IMG/VR virus record: IMGVR_UViG_3300021197_001995
Coordinates: 1 to 64,000 of that record
Length of the DNA stretch: 64,000 nucleotides
Strand: one strand, 5' to 3'
Source of the DNA: a virus
Shown here: piece after piece, positions 1-8,244 of the stretch
How the letters are laid out: every line of letters starts with the position of its first letter
Position numbering within the stretch: the stretch's first letter is position 1
The notes under the pieces: generated by a model
What the model was told of the DNA's origin: nothing
Seen by the model: the letters and a program-made list of their open reading frames with translations, nothing else
Databases searched by the model: none
Translations under genes and position numbers: made by a program

Positions 1-2
1 CC

Positions 3-149
3 GGTAATACCACAAAAAAGAAAGGCTGGAAAACGATGAAATTGAGAAACTTAAATCCAAAGGCAGGAAATGCTTTTCTAGCCACACACAACTGCGAAAG
101 CCCGGTCCCAAAATGGAAAGCAAGATACTGGTCCTGTAGAGCTTGGTAA
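3..149 (+). CDS. C-terminal fragment of a small basic phage protein (HNC-x2-PGPKWKARYWSCxxW type), truncated by window start
   Basis: Frame 3 reads GNTTKKKGWKTMKLRNLNPKAGNAFLATHNCESPGPKWKARYWSCRAW* with TAA at 147-149. The C-terminal motif resembles small basic proteins of large myophages. Not in the ORF track. Confidence 0.65.
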   Translation, partial: GNTTKKKGWKTMKLRNLNPKAGNAFLATHNCESPVPKWKARYWSCRAW

Positions 150-150
150 G

Positions 151-390
151 ATGATTAAAAACTATTTAATAAAGATAATAGAAGAAGAACTTACTGCAGT
201 TTTAGACGAAAAACGCAAGAAAAGAAAAAAGAAGAAAAAGAAAAAATCATCCGGTAAAAAAGATGCATGTTACAATAAAGTAAAGTCTAGATACAAAGTC
301 TGGCCATCAGCATACGCTTCCGGCGCTCTTGTAAAATGCCGAAAAGTAGGCGCAGCAAACTGGGGAAATAAGAGTAAAAAGAAAAAATGA
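151..390 (+). CDS. Small Lys-rich protein with acidic leader; putative internal head protein
   Basis: MIKNYLIKIIEEELTAVLDE leader, poly-Lys tract, then DACYNKVKSRYKVWPSAYASGALVKCRKVGAANWGN. Confidence 0.7.
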   Translation: MIKNYLIKIIEEELTAVLDEKRKKRKKKKKKKSSGKKDACYNKVKSRYKVWPSAYASGALVKCRKVGAANWGNKSKKKK

Positions 391-731
391 AAAATCAAGA
401 ACTTATAGAAGTCATAGAAGAAGAGCTGTCTATAGTTCTCGAAAAGCGAAAGAAGAAGCGCAAAAAAGCCGGAACAGAATCCGGTAAAGAATCTTCCTTG
501 AGAGATTGGTTCGGAAGAAAAGGTGCTAAAGGAAAAAAGAAAGGTTGGGTTGATTGTAACACTTGCCGTAAAGACAAAAAAACAGGACGCAAAAAATGCA
601 AAGCATGCGGCCGCTCATCCGGAGAAAAGAGATCAAAGTATCCATCATGCCGACCTACTCCTGGAGCGTGTTCAGAAAAAGGCCGCGGCAAGTCATGGGG
701 TAAAAAATCAAAGAAAAGAAAAAAATCTTAA
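387..731 (+). CDS. Lys/Cys-rich small protein with acidic leader; putative internal head or nucleic-acid-binding protein
   Basis: ATGA overlap with the previous ORF. Leader MKNQELIEVIEEELSIVLE; six Cys including CNTC and CKAC; very basic. Confidence 0.7.
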   Translation: MKNQELIEVIEEELSIVLEKRKKKRKKAGTESGKESSLRDWFGRKGAKGKKKGWVDCNTCRKDKKTGRKKCKACGRSSGEKRSKYPSCRPTPGACSEKGRGKSWGKKSKKRKKS

Positions 732-738
732 AAAACTC

Positions 739-767
739 TTGACAACTTTATAACAATAGTTTATACT
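739..767 (+). promoter_or_regulatory. sigma70-type promoter for tilS (likely leaderless mRNA)
   Basis: TTGACA (739-744), 17 nt, TATACT (762-767). The ATG is at 774 with no Shine-Dalgarno. Confidence 0.75.
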
Positions 768-773
768 TATCTC

Positions 774-1376
774 ATGATTCGTATAATTGGCAAAATTCCA
801 AGTAATGTTGTCGTTGCTTGTTCCGGCGGTCTAGATAGTATGGCTGTCACCCATTTCCTCCAACAGGGAAGGAGAAAAGTCAGACTAGCCTATTTTAATC
901 ATGATACATCTCATTCTCAAGAAGCTCAAGATTTTGTTGAAAGCTATGCCAAAGAACAGCATTTGGATCTTTTCATCGGAAGAGTAAAAGGTACGAAAGG
1001 TAAAAGGTCTATGGAAGAGTTCTGGAGAGACGAAAGGTACAATTTTTTTAAGAGAATTCAAAGTAATTTTATTATTACTTGTCATCACCTAGACGACTGC
1101 GTTGAAACTTGGATAATGTCGTCTTTGCATGGAGAAGGTAAGTTGATTCCTTACCACCGACCCCCAAACCTCCATAGACCATTCTTAATGACGTCTAGGA
1201 GGGTCTTAAAAGACTATGTCCATAGGAAGGGTATCAAATGGATAGAGGACCCCTCAAACGCGAGATTAGAATACATGAGGAATCACGTGAGGCATTCTAT
1301 GATGCCACACATCTTAAAGATAAATCCTGGCATAAGAACCATGATTCGCAAAAAATTAATTGAAACTTATTTATAA
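774..1376 (+). CDS. tilS: tRNA(Ile)-lysidine synthetase, minimal (catalytic domain only)
   Basis: PP-loop SGGLDS, WRDERY, TCHHLDDCVET, RPFL and WIEDPSN..Y.RN motifs; immediately followed by a tRNA with CAT anticodon. Confidence 0.9.
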   Translation: MIRIIGKIPSNVVVACSGGLDSMAVTHFLQQGRRKVRLAYFNHDTSHSQEAQDFVESYAKEQHLDLFIGRVKGTKGKRSMEEFWRDERYNFFKRIQSNFIITCHHLDDCVETWIMSSLHGEGKLIPYHRPPNLHRPFLMTSRRVLKDYVHRKGIKWIEDPSNARLEYMRNHVRHSMMPHILKINPGIRTMIRKKLIETYL

Positions 1377-1399
1377 TTTCTGTTATAAATAGATAATAC

Positions 1400-1473
1400 G
1401 GGCCCATAGCTCAATTGGTTAGAGCATCTGTCTCATAAACAGAAGGTTTCTGGTTCAAGTCCAGGTGGGCCCA
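1400..1473 (+). tRNA. tRNA-Ile2 (anticodon CAU, lysidine-modified); CCA not encoded
   Basis: Acceptor stem GGGCCCA/TGGGCCC plus discriminator A; D-arm GCTC..GAGC; anticodon arm TCTGT-CTCATAA-ACAGA; T-loop GGTTCAAGTCC. C4-G69 and C5-G68 pairs and adjacency to tilS favour Ile2 over Met. Confidence 0.88.
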
Positions 1474-1507
1474 CAGACAGAATTAAACTTTAAAAAAGGA
1501 GAAAACA

Positions 1508-1684
1508 ATGATTGTAGAAAAGTTTAGAGAAATTTTAGAAGAGCTTGCGAAAGCAAAAGAGGATGCTCAAAAATCAGAAGAGGGCAATGCGTCTGCCGGC
1601 AGAAGGCTTAGAAAGACAGCGATGGAGATGATTAAAGAACTAAAAGAGCTTCGTTCCATCGTCTTGGAGAATTCAAAGAAGTGA
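1508..1684 (+). CDS. Histone H1-like protein (Hc1-family N-terminal domain), 58 aa
   Basis: AGGAG SD upstream. MIVEKFREILEELAKAKEDAQKSEEGNASAGRRLRKTAMEMIKELKELRSIVLENSKK* carries the GNxxAGxRxRK signature. Below the ORF-track cutoff. Confidence 0.75.
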   Translation: MIVEKFREILEELAKAKEDAQKSEEGNASAGRRLRKTAMEMIKELKELRSIVLENSKK

Positions 1685-2316
1685 GGGATTGTTTTTGGGG
1701 ATCCAAGGAGACAGAAGTAGAAGACCCGATGTCGGTACATGATTACGCTTCAGAAACAAAAGGGCATGCCTCAACCGACTTCAACGTTGTTGATTCAAGC
1801 CACAATAGAATTTACTTTTATTCTGGAGTAACGAGGCCTAAAATCTTGCAACTAAACAAATTTATTTTTAATCTAAATGTAAACATGTTATCGAAAACAG
1901 GGCCCTTAGAGTACGAGCCACCGCCTATCATGCTGCACATAAACAGTTATGGTGGATCTGTATTTGCGGGATTAGCAGCCCTAGATTACATTAGAAACTC
2001 AAAGGTACCTGTGCATACTGTTATCGACGGCTGCGCCGCATCGGCCGCAACTTTAATGTCATGTGTCGGAGCGCATCGAATGATGCACAGGAATGCATGC
2101 ATGCTAGTACATCAACTTTCCGGGGCTATGTGGGGAAAATTTCAAGAGATGGAAGATGGTATGGAGAATTCCAAGATGTTAATGGAAAAGATCAAGAACA
2201 TTTATAAAGAGCATACCAAAATACCAAAGAGAGAATTAGATAATATTCTAAAACACGATCTTTGGTGGGAAGCTGAAAAATGTCTGCAGTATGGCTTGAT
2301 AGACGAGATTATTTAA
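1681..2316 (+). CDS. clpP: ClpP-like protease subunit
   Basis: INSYGGSVFAG, GCAASAATL (catalytic Ser), LVHQ (His), and C-terminal W.EAEKCLQYGLIDEI. Confidence 0.85.
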   Translation: MRDCFWGSKETEVEDPMSVHDYASETKGHASTDFNVVDSSHNRIYFYSGVTRPKILQLNKFIFNLNVNMLSKTGPLEYEPPPIMLHINSYGGSVFAGLAALDYIRNSKVPVHTVIDGCAASAATLMSCVGAHRMMHRNACMLVHQLSGAMWGKFQEMEDGMENSKMLMEKIKNIYKEHTKIPKRELDNILKHDLWWEAEKCLQYGLIDEII

Positions 2317-2317
2317 C

Positions 2318-2647
2318 ATGAGTATTTTTGATAATTTCTTAAAACCAAGTGAAAAAGAAAGAGTAAGAACATCAGATGAATCTTACGAGATCATAAGTGA
2401 AATGCTCAACGACCAAGAGATCTTTGTTGACATGTCAACGCACGTCCACTTTGTGGATACGAATGCTAGGAAAACCTATGAAAATGTTTTTAAATTTACA
2501 GTTAAACTGTTGTCTCTTGACTTCCTCAACAAAGTCTCGAAAGACCGAAGGGTGAAAAATGTTTACTTTACGGCGCGCCACTCACACCCAGGCGGAGGAG
2601 CAGACGGAATCTCTCTAAGACAAAGAATAATTGTTGAATATTATTGA
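2318..2647 (+). CDS. Hypothetical protein
   Basis: 109-aa ORF tightly packed after clpP. Confidence 0.6.
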   Translation: MSIFDNFLKPSEKERVRTSDESYEIISEMLNDQEIFVDMSTHVHFVDTNARKTYENVFKFTVKLLSLDFLNKVSKDRRVKNVYFTARHSHPGGGADGISLRQRIIVEYY

Positions 2648-3387
2648 GAATTCGCTGCAATAACCTTTTTCCTAACGTTCTTCAAAAACAGCATAAATGA
2701 CTTGTGGCTGGTCATAACTGAGACGTGATGAAATTCTGGATTGGCTCCCCAGATAACACCAACTATTTCTCTTCTGCGGTTTAATACCGCAGCACCAGAA
2801 GACCCACCTATTGCAGGCGCCGTAATTATCGCTGAGGATGGGTCTATTAGACCGCTGTAAATTCCTTTAAAGATCGGCACTGTAGGTGGGTGATAGATCC
2901 CCATGGGCGCCCCCACATAAGCTAGCTCATCGCCAACTTTTGGTTCATCAGTTGAAAAATTTATTTTCTTAACATCGAGAGTGGGTACCCATAACAAGCA
3001 AAGGTCAGAATTCCCAGCCTGGTCATTATGACTAATTAAGATTGGCCAAGATTGGTGCATGTTACCTAAGTGATCTAACACTTGAATTATTTGAACTGCC
3101 TTTTGAACTGCGCTAGTATACTTGGTCTCGCAAACATGTCCCGCGGTCAGGACAGTCATTTCATTACGGAACAAATTAATGGCCATGCCACTACCAGTAG
3201 ACAAATACTGCCCAACGGGACAAAGTTTGTCGTTTGGGTCAGAACAAGAGAAGATTTCAACAGTATGAATTATTTTTACGAAACTTTTCGTCGGCATTTG
3301 TAATGCGTTACTATTTAAACTCGCGACACTGCAACTACACAGCAGCACCGCGACAATAAGAAAAAGTACTTTATTTTTTATGGTCAT
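2641..3387 (-). CDS. Trypsin-like (S1) serine protease with lipoprotein-like signal peptide
   Basis: Triad motifs VLTAGHVC, SDLCLL and GGSSG. The start is revised to the ATG at 3387, giving MTIKNKVLFLIVAVLLCSC. It is the only convincing minus-strand gene. Confidence 0.85.
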   Translation of the reverse strand: MTIKNKVLFLIVAVLLCSCSVASLNSNALQMPTKSFVKIIHTVEIFSCSDPNDKLCPVGQYLSTGSGMAINLFRNEMTVLTAGHVCETKYTSAVQKAVQIIQVLDHLGNMHQSWPILISHNDQAGNSDLCLLWVPTLDVKKINFSTDEPKVGDELAYVGAPMGIYHPPTVPIFKGIYSGLIDPSSAIITAPAIGGSSGAAVLNRRREIVGVIWGANPEFHHVSVMTSHKSFMLFLKNVRKKVIAANSQ

Positions 3388-3433
3388 ATTATAAATACCA
3401 CTAAAATAATAAATTTCTGAAAAGGAGAAAACA

Positions 3434-3625
3434 ATGATTTTGTTTTTAACAGCCATTTTTACTTTGGCTTCACCGGCATTGAACCCGCCACCAGAACAAA
3501 AAACTAATAAATACTTCGAAAGCTTACAGCTGTCTAAAACACCAACCGCGATGCCCATCGAATATAAAATAGTTTACAAAAAGATGCCAACAAAAATTAT
3601 AAAAATTAATAAAAAATCTATTTAA
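3434..3625 (+). CDS. Small hypothetical protein with hydrophobic N-terminus
   Basis: AAGGAG SD; MILFLTAIFTLASPAL signal-like start; divergent from the protease gene. Confidence 0.5.
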   Translation: MILFLTAIFTLASPALNPPPEQKTNKYFESLQLSKTPTAMPIEYKIVYKKMPTKIIKINKKSI

Positions 3626-3656
3626 TTCTGATACAATCTTAAGAAAAGGATCCATT

Positions 3657-4973
3657 TTGGCTAAAAAAACATACGTTCTAGATACAAGTGTCTATCTCAC
3701 AGACGCAAAATGCATTAACTCTTTCAAAAATAATGATATAGTTGTGCCCCTCAAAGTGCTGGAGGAAATAGACAAGCATAAAAAGAGACAAGATTCTGTC
3801 GGCTCTCAAGCTCGCGCCATCATCAGGAAGTTAGATGAACTGAGGTCCAAAGGGTCTCTGGCGAAAGGAGTCAGAATCGAAAAAGGACTTGGATTAATAA
3901 GAGTAAGTTCTTATAATCCTTTATGTCTACCGGACGATCTCGACCTTGAAGATCCAGACAACCAGATTATCGCGACCGCTTTATCTGAACAAGAAGCTGC
4001 ACTCCCATCACGAAAAGTTGTAGTGGTTTCCAGAGACATAAACATGAGAGTTAAATGCGACTCCTTGAGTTTAATGACTGAAGATTACCAAGCAGAACAA
4101 GTCGTGAAAAACTCAGAAGGCTTGTACACAGGTAGAACTGAAATTTTGGTGGATGAACAGGAAATCGACAGGTTTTATGCTGGTGAACCCATCACTATGG
4201 ATAAAAAAGAACATTACCTGTGTCCAAATCAATTTGTAATGCTGATCTCCAACAGTAATGACAAGAAAACTGCACTAGCTAGATTTGTGAATTACGATAC
4301 CCCGCTCAGGAAGATAACAAACGCCACCAGGAAGGTGTGGAACACCCTCGCACGAAACAAAGAACAACAGTTCGCGATTGAGCTTTTAATGGATCCGATG
4401 ATCCCAGTAGTTTCTCTGGTCGGTAAGGCCGGCTCGGGCAAAACCTTGCTGGCACTCGCCGCCGGCCTGGAGCAGACATTCTCCTCAGAATCAACCTATA
4501 GGAAGATAGTAGTCACTAAACCAGTAGAGCCGGTAGGTAAAGATATTGGCTTTCTGCCGGGTACCATGGAAGACAAGATGTTGCCATGGCTAGCACCAAT
4601 ACAAGATAATTTACAATTTCTCATGGGGGATGACAAAGCCACGTTAGAACTTTATATGGAAAAGGGGCAAATAGAGGTTGAAGCCATGACTTTCATCCGC
4701 GGCCGCTCGATCTCCAACGCGTTCATTGTAATAGACGAAGTTCAGAACATGACGCAGCACGAAATAAAAACAGTCTTGACAAGAGTGGGAGAAGGTACTA
4801 AAATAGTATTAACAGGTGACATTGAGCAAATTGACAATGTTTACATCGACGCGACTAATAACGGACTGTCGTATGTGGTAGAGAGATTAAAAGAACAATC
4901 GCTGACAGGACACATTACACTATTGAAAGGAGAGCGCTCAAAGGTGGCTAGCATCGCCGCGACGCTATTATAA
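3657..4973 (+). CDS. phoH: PIN-PhoH (PhoH2/YlaK-like) RNase-ATPase
   Basis: N-terminal PIN (YVLDTSV, EEID, DNQII, SRDINMR), Walker A GKAGSGKT, FIRGRS, IDEVQN and GDIEQID. Confidence 0.9.
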   Translation: MAKKTYVLDTSVYLTDAKCINSFKNNDIVVPLKVLEEIDKHKKRQDSVGSQARAIIRKLDELRSKGSLAKGVRIEKGLGLIRVSSYNPLCLPDDLDLEDPDNQIIATALSEQEAALPSRKVVVVSRDINMRVKCDSLSLMTEDYQAEQVVKNSEGLYTGRTEILVDEQEIDRFYAGEPITMDKKEHYLCPNQFVMLISNSNDKKTALARFVNYDTPLRKITNATRKVWNTLARNKEQQFAIELLMDPMIPVVSLVGKAGSGKTLLALAAGLEQTFSSESTYRKIVVTKPVEPVGKDIGFLPGTMEDKMLPWLAPIQDNLQFLMGDDKATLELYMEKGQIEVEAMTFIRGRSISNAFIVIDEVQNMTQHEIKTVLTRVGEGTKIVLTGDIEQIDNVYIDATNNGLSYVVERLKEQSLTGHITLLKGERSKVASIAATLL

Positions 4974-4974
4974 G

Positions 4975-5247
4975 ATGGACACAAACGACAAAACAAGCCT
5001 ATTGCAAGAAAAGGTACCGACAGAGAATGAACTCAAAGAAATAATAGTTAATTATGTAGGGAACAAGACAAACCCTGACTCGGAAGACATAACAGTGGAG
5101 CAGGTCATCGACGTTTTTTCTAAAGAGTTTCCCGAATTTCTCCTTGCCCTTGCCGAAGAGAACTGGGTAAACGGATATACTCAGGCACTCAACGACGTAC
5201 AGCACTTCCAGGAGTTGAAAGTGCCCGAAGAAAATGTCGAGAATTAA
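4975..5247 (+). CDS. Hypothetical protein
   Basis: 90-aa ORF with operonic spacing. Confidence 0.65.
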   Translation: MDTNDKTSLLQEKVPTENELKEIIVNYVGNKTNPDSEDITVEQVIDVFSKEFPEFLLALAEENWVNGYTQALNDVQHFQELKVPEENVEN

Positions 5248-5911
5248 TTTCATAAAACAAAAAACATCTAATCATTTCACTTTTAACGGGGTGGAGGTCT
5301 TTGTTAAGGACATTCTCCCTAAAGGCGTAGAAATGAAAAACATCGTGAAAAAGCTTTTCAAGTCAGTACCTTCGTACCTGATAAGGGACTTAGACATAAT
5401 TTACGTAGGACAATTTCCAGAACTAAAAAAAAGAGACCTTAACGCTATGTATCAAGATTCTTCTATTTTCGTGACCAATGAGTGCGACTCTGAACATTCT
5501 ATGCTTGATGATTTGATACACGAGGTGGCTCACTGTGTGGAAGATAACCACGGGAACATGATTTATGGAGATGGCAAAATCGAAAAAGAGTTTCTAAATA
5601 AAAGAAAACAATTATGGTCAACTCTAAAAGATGAAGGGTATTCCGTCGAACTGACAGATTTCATGAATGTTGACTTTGACAGTCGATTTGACGAAATGTT
5701 ATACCTGCAGCTTGGATACCCAATGTTATCAGTCTATACTGTAAATTCATTTTATTCGCCTTATGCTGTAACGTCCCTAAGAGAATACTTCGCGAACGGT
5801 TTTGAAGCTTTTTTTATGAAAGAGGACATAAATAGGTTGAAAAATGTTAGTCCCCTGTTGTATAATAAGATTGTAAACCTATTAAACTTACAAAATGGAG
5901 AGACCAAATGA
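5234..5911 (+). CDS. Zincin-like metallopeptidase
   Basis: HExxH (LIHEVAH) plus a downstream third-ligand motif Y...LREYFANGFE. Confidence 0.65.
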   Translation: MSRINFIKQKTSNHFTFNGVEVFVKDILPKGVEMKNIVKKLFKSVPSYLIRDLDIIYVGQFPELKKRDLNAMYQDSSIFVTNECDSEHSMLDDLIHEVAHCVEDNHGNMIYGDGKIEKEFLNKRKQLWSTLKDEGYSVELTDFMNVDFDSRFDEMLYLQLGYPMLSVYTVNSFYSPYAVTSLREYFANGFEAFFMKEDINRLKNVSPLLYNKIVNLLNLQNGETK

Positions 5912-6207
5912 CTTTCAACGAACAAATAGAAGTAGAAGAATCGAAAGTAACAATAACAATCAGCTGCAACATGCGAAAGTATTCTGCAGATCCGAAACTA
6001 GTATATGACAAGAACGTGGAAGACTTGATACCAGAAGACTTAAAGGGAAAGGTGTCATTGATTTCAAAGCCCACATGTAGAATTTCAAACACAGACTATC
6101 ACGACCACACTAACTTTGGCCAGTGGATCTATGAGATAAGAATGCCGCAACCCAAGATTCCAAAAACCGCACCAAAAAGAACAAGAACACCTAGAAATAA
6201 GAAATAG
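5908..6207 (+). CDS. Hypothetical protein with basic C-terminal tail
   Basis: GGAGA SD and ATG overlapping the upstream gene. Preceded by TTGAAA-N18-TATAAT at 5837-5866. Confidence 0.6.
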   Translation: MTFNEQIEVEESKVTITISCNMRKYSADPKLVYDKNVEDLIPEDLKGKVSLISKPTCRISNTDYHDHTNFGQWIYEIRMPQPKIPKTAPKRTRTPRNKK

Positions 6208-6208
6208 A

Positions 6209-6994
6209 ATGACAAACGAAATAAGAAGAATAAGCTTTTCAGAGTTAAAGAACTGGAAAGAGTGTCCGCACCGGCATAAACTAATTTATGTTGATAAACT
6301 CCCATACTTTTCAGGCAACGAGTACACTGCATTCGGAACTGCTATTCACGCAGTTTGCGAAGAGTTGGTTCCTGATAATTCGAGAAATGCTATGGAAATC
6401 TTTGAAACCAGCTTTTTAAAAGAATTGATTCAACTTAAAAGAGATGGTCATGAGTTAAACAAGAGCATGATAACGGACATGAGAAAACAGGCCAAGCCGA
6501 TTTGTGAACAACTGGTGCCTGCAGTAAAAGAATATTTCGGAGAGTTTGACGTCGTATCTGTAGAAGAGCCTCTATTGGAGGACATGTCAGACATAGAATC
6601 TTATGGAAAGAAATTCAAGGGATTCATTGACATGGTAATTAAGACCCCAGATGGCAAACACCACATCATTGATTGGAAGACTTGCTCGTGGGGCTGGGGT
6701 AACGATAAGAAGTCTGCTCCAATGACCACCTATCAACTAACTTACTATAAAAACTACTTTTCAAAAAAGCATAACATTGATCCAAAGGACATAGAAACTT
6801 ACTTTGTACTGTTAAAGAGGACAGCAAAGAAAGAAAACATCGAAACAGTAAAGGTAACTTCAGGCCCAAAGAAAACAACAAATGCCTTAAAAGTTCTACA
6901 GAACGCTGTTATAAATATTGAAAAAGGTATTAGCATCAAAAATCGCCTATCTTGCAAATATTGCAAGTTTCACAACACAGAGCATTGCACATGA
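6209..6994 (+). CDS. PD-(D/E)XK exonuclease, RecB/Cas4-like, with putative Fe-S cysteines
   Basis: ISFS..W.ECP, FGTAIH, GFIDMV, IIDWKT, QL..Y and C-terminal CKYCKF....C. Confidence 0.8.
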   Translation: MTNEIRRISFSELKNWKECPHRHKLIYVDKLPYFSGNEYTAFGTAIHAVCEELVPDNSRNAMEIFETSFLKELIQLKRDGHELNKSMITDMRKQAKPICEQLVPAVKEYFGEFDVVSVEEPLLEDMSDIESYGKKFKGFIDMVIKTPDGKHHIIDWKTCSWGWGNDKKSAPMTTYQLTYYKNYFSKKHNIDPKDIETYFVLLKRTAKKENIETVKVTSGPKKTTNALKVLQNAVINIEKGISIKNRLSCKYCKFHNTEHCT

Positions 6995-8244
6995 CAGAGA
7001 AAAAGAAAATTTTAATAATCGCGGATTCACCATTAGCTCCATCGGGAGTAGGCACTCAAACCAGATACATGATCGAAGGCCTTCTAAAAACTGGAAAGTA
7101 CCAGTTCCTTTGTCTTGCGGGTGCCATCAAACATAACGACTACAGAGTACATGCTGTCTCGCCGTATGAAGAAGATTGGTTAATTAAACCAGTAGATGGT
7201 TATGGAGATCCAAACACGATTAGGGCAGTACTCAGAGATTACAAGCCTGATCTTTTGTGGTTCATGACTGATCCTAGATTTTACGTTTGGCTCTGGGGCG
7301 TAGAGAACGAAGTTAGGGTTAATTGTCCGATGGTGTATTATCACGTTTGGGATAACTACCCCTACCCGATGTACAATGAAGACTTTTATAACTCAAATGA
7401 TGTAGTGTGCACGATAAGCAAGGTAACCGATGACATTGTTCGAACCGTCGCTCCAAATGTAGAATGTGTAAGGATTCCTCATACGGTCGACACAGACATC
7501 TTCAAAAAGATGCCAAACGATTCTGAAGAAGTAAGAAAGACAATTCTTGGAGACTCCGAAGATAAGTTGATTTTCTTTTGGAATAATCGCAATGCCAGGA
7601 GGAAACAGTCGGGTACACTTATTTATTGGTTCAAGGAATTCCTGGACAAGGTTGGCTACGACAAGGCAATGCTCCTTATGCACACTGAACCGAACGATCC
7701 AAACGGCCAGGACTTGCAATCAATTGTTTCGCGATTGGGTCTATCTAAAGAGAACTTGGCGTTTTCAACTACGAAACTCCCACCACCAGGCCTGGCAAAA
7801 ATCTATGCAGCAGTTGATTGTACCATAAACATTTCAGATGCGGAAGGCTTCGGCCTAGCAACTTTGGAGTCTCTAGCTACAGAAACACCGATCATAGTTA
7901 CTATGACCGGTGGACTACAAGAGCAGGTTACAGATGGCAAAGAATGGTTTGGGTACGGCATTGACCCTTCATCAAAGTCTGTAATCGGCTCACAGGATGT
8001 ACCATACATTCACGAGGACAGAATAAATAAGGATGATTTTCTTTTAGCTTTAACTAATTTTTACCAATTAACAAAAGAGCAAAGAGACGATCTCGGCCGA
8101 AAAGGCAGGCAGCACGTGCTAGATAACTATAGCTTGGATCAATATAATCGACTATGGGAAGAAACGATAGAAAGAACAATAGAGCACCATGGTTCTTGGG
8201 AAGATAGAAAAAATTATAAAAGTTGGACAATGGAGGAGTTATGA
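6991..8244 (+). CDS. GT4 (GT-B) glycosyltransferase
   Basis: ILIIADSP..PSGVG, NRNARRKQ and EGFGLATLES. Start revised to the ATGA overlap at 6991. Confidence 0.85.
   Translation: MTEKKKILIIADSPLAPSGVGTQTRYMIEGLLKTGKYQFLCLAGAIKHNDYRVHAVSPYEEDWLIKPVDGYGDPNTIRAVLRDYKPDLLWFMTDPRFYVWLWGVENEVRVNCPMVYYHVWDNYPYPMYNEDFYNSNDVVCTISKVTDDIVRTVAPNVECVRIPHTVDTDIFKKMPNDSEEVRKTILGDSEDKLIFFWNNRNARRKQSGTLIYWFKEFLDKVGYDKAMLLMHTEPNDPNGQDLQSIVSRLGLSKENLAFSTTKLPPPGLAKIYAAVDCTINISDAEGFGLATLESLATETPIIVTMTGGLQEQVTDGKEWFGYGIDPSSKSVIGSQDVPYIHEDRINKDDFLLALTNFYQLTKEQRDDLGRKGRQHVLDNYSLDQYNRLWEETIERTIEHHGSWEDRKNYKSWTMEEL

Noticed and set aside
209-246. A-rich low-complexity tract as a simple-sequence repeat or phase-variation site
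   Set aside because: It is explained by poly-Lys/Arg codons in an intact reading frame.
1384-1391. T4 late promoter TATAAATA upstream of the tRNA
   Set aside because: It is a single upstream occurrence, also explained as an extended -10 of a sigma70-type promoter. Structural genes are preceded by CTATTTA instead.
1400-1473. tRNA-Met call from the CAT anticodon
   Set aside because: It lacks initiator features (it has a paired G1-C72 and no three G-C pairs in the anticodon stem). C4-G69/C5-G68 and the adjacent tilS favour Ile2.
3388-3558. N-terminal extension of the protease given in the ORF track
   Set aside because: It overlaps the divergent ORF at 3434. The ATG at 3387 gives a clean signal peptide and follows a TATTTA element.
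6209-6994. Cas4-like nuclease as a sign of a CRISPR system
   Set aside because: No repeat-spacer array or other cas genes are visible in the window, and stand-alone Cas4/RecB-like nucleases are common in phages.
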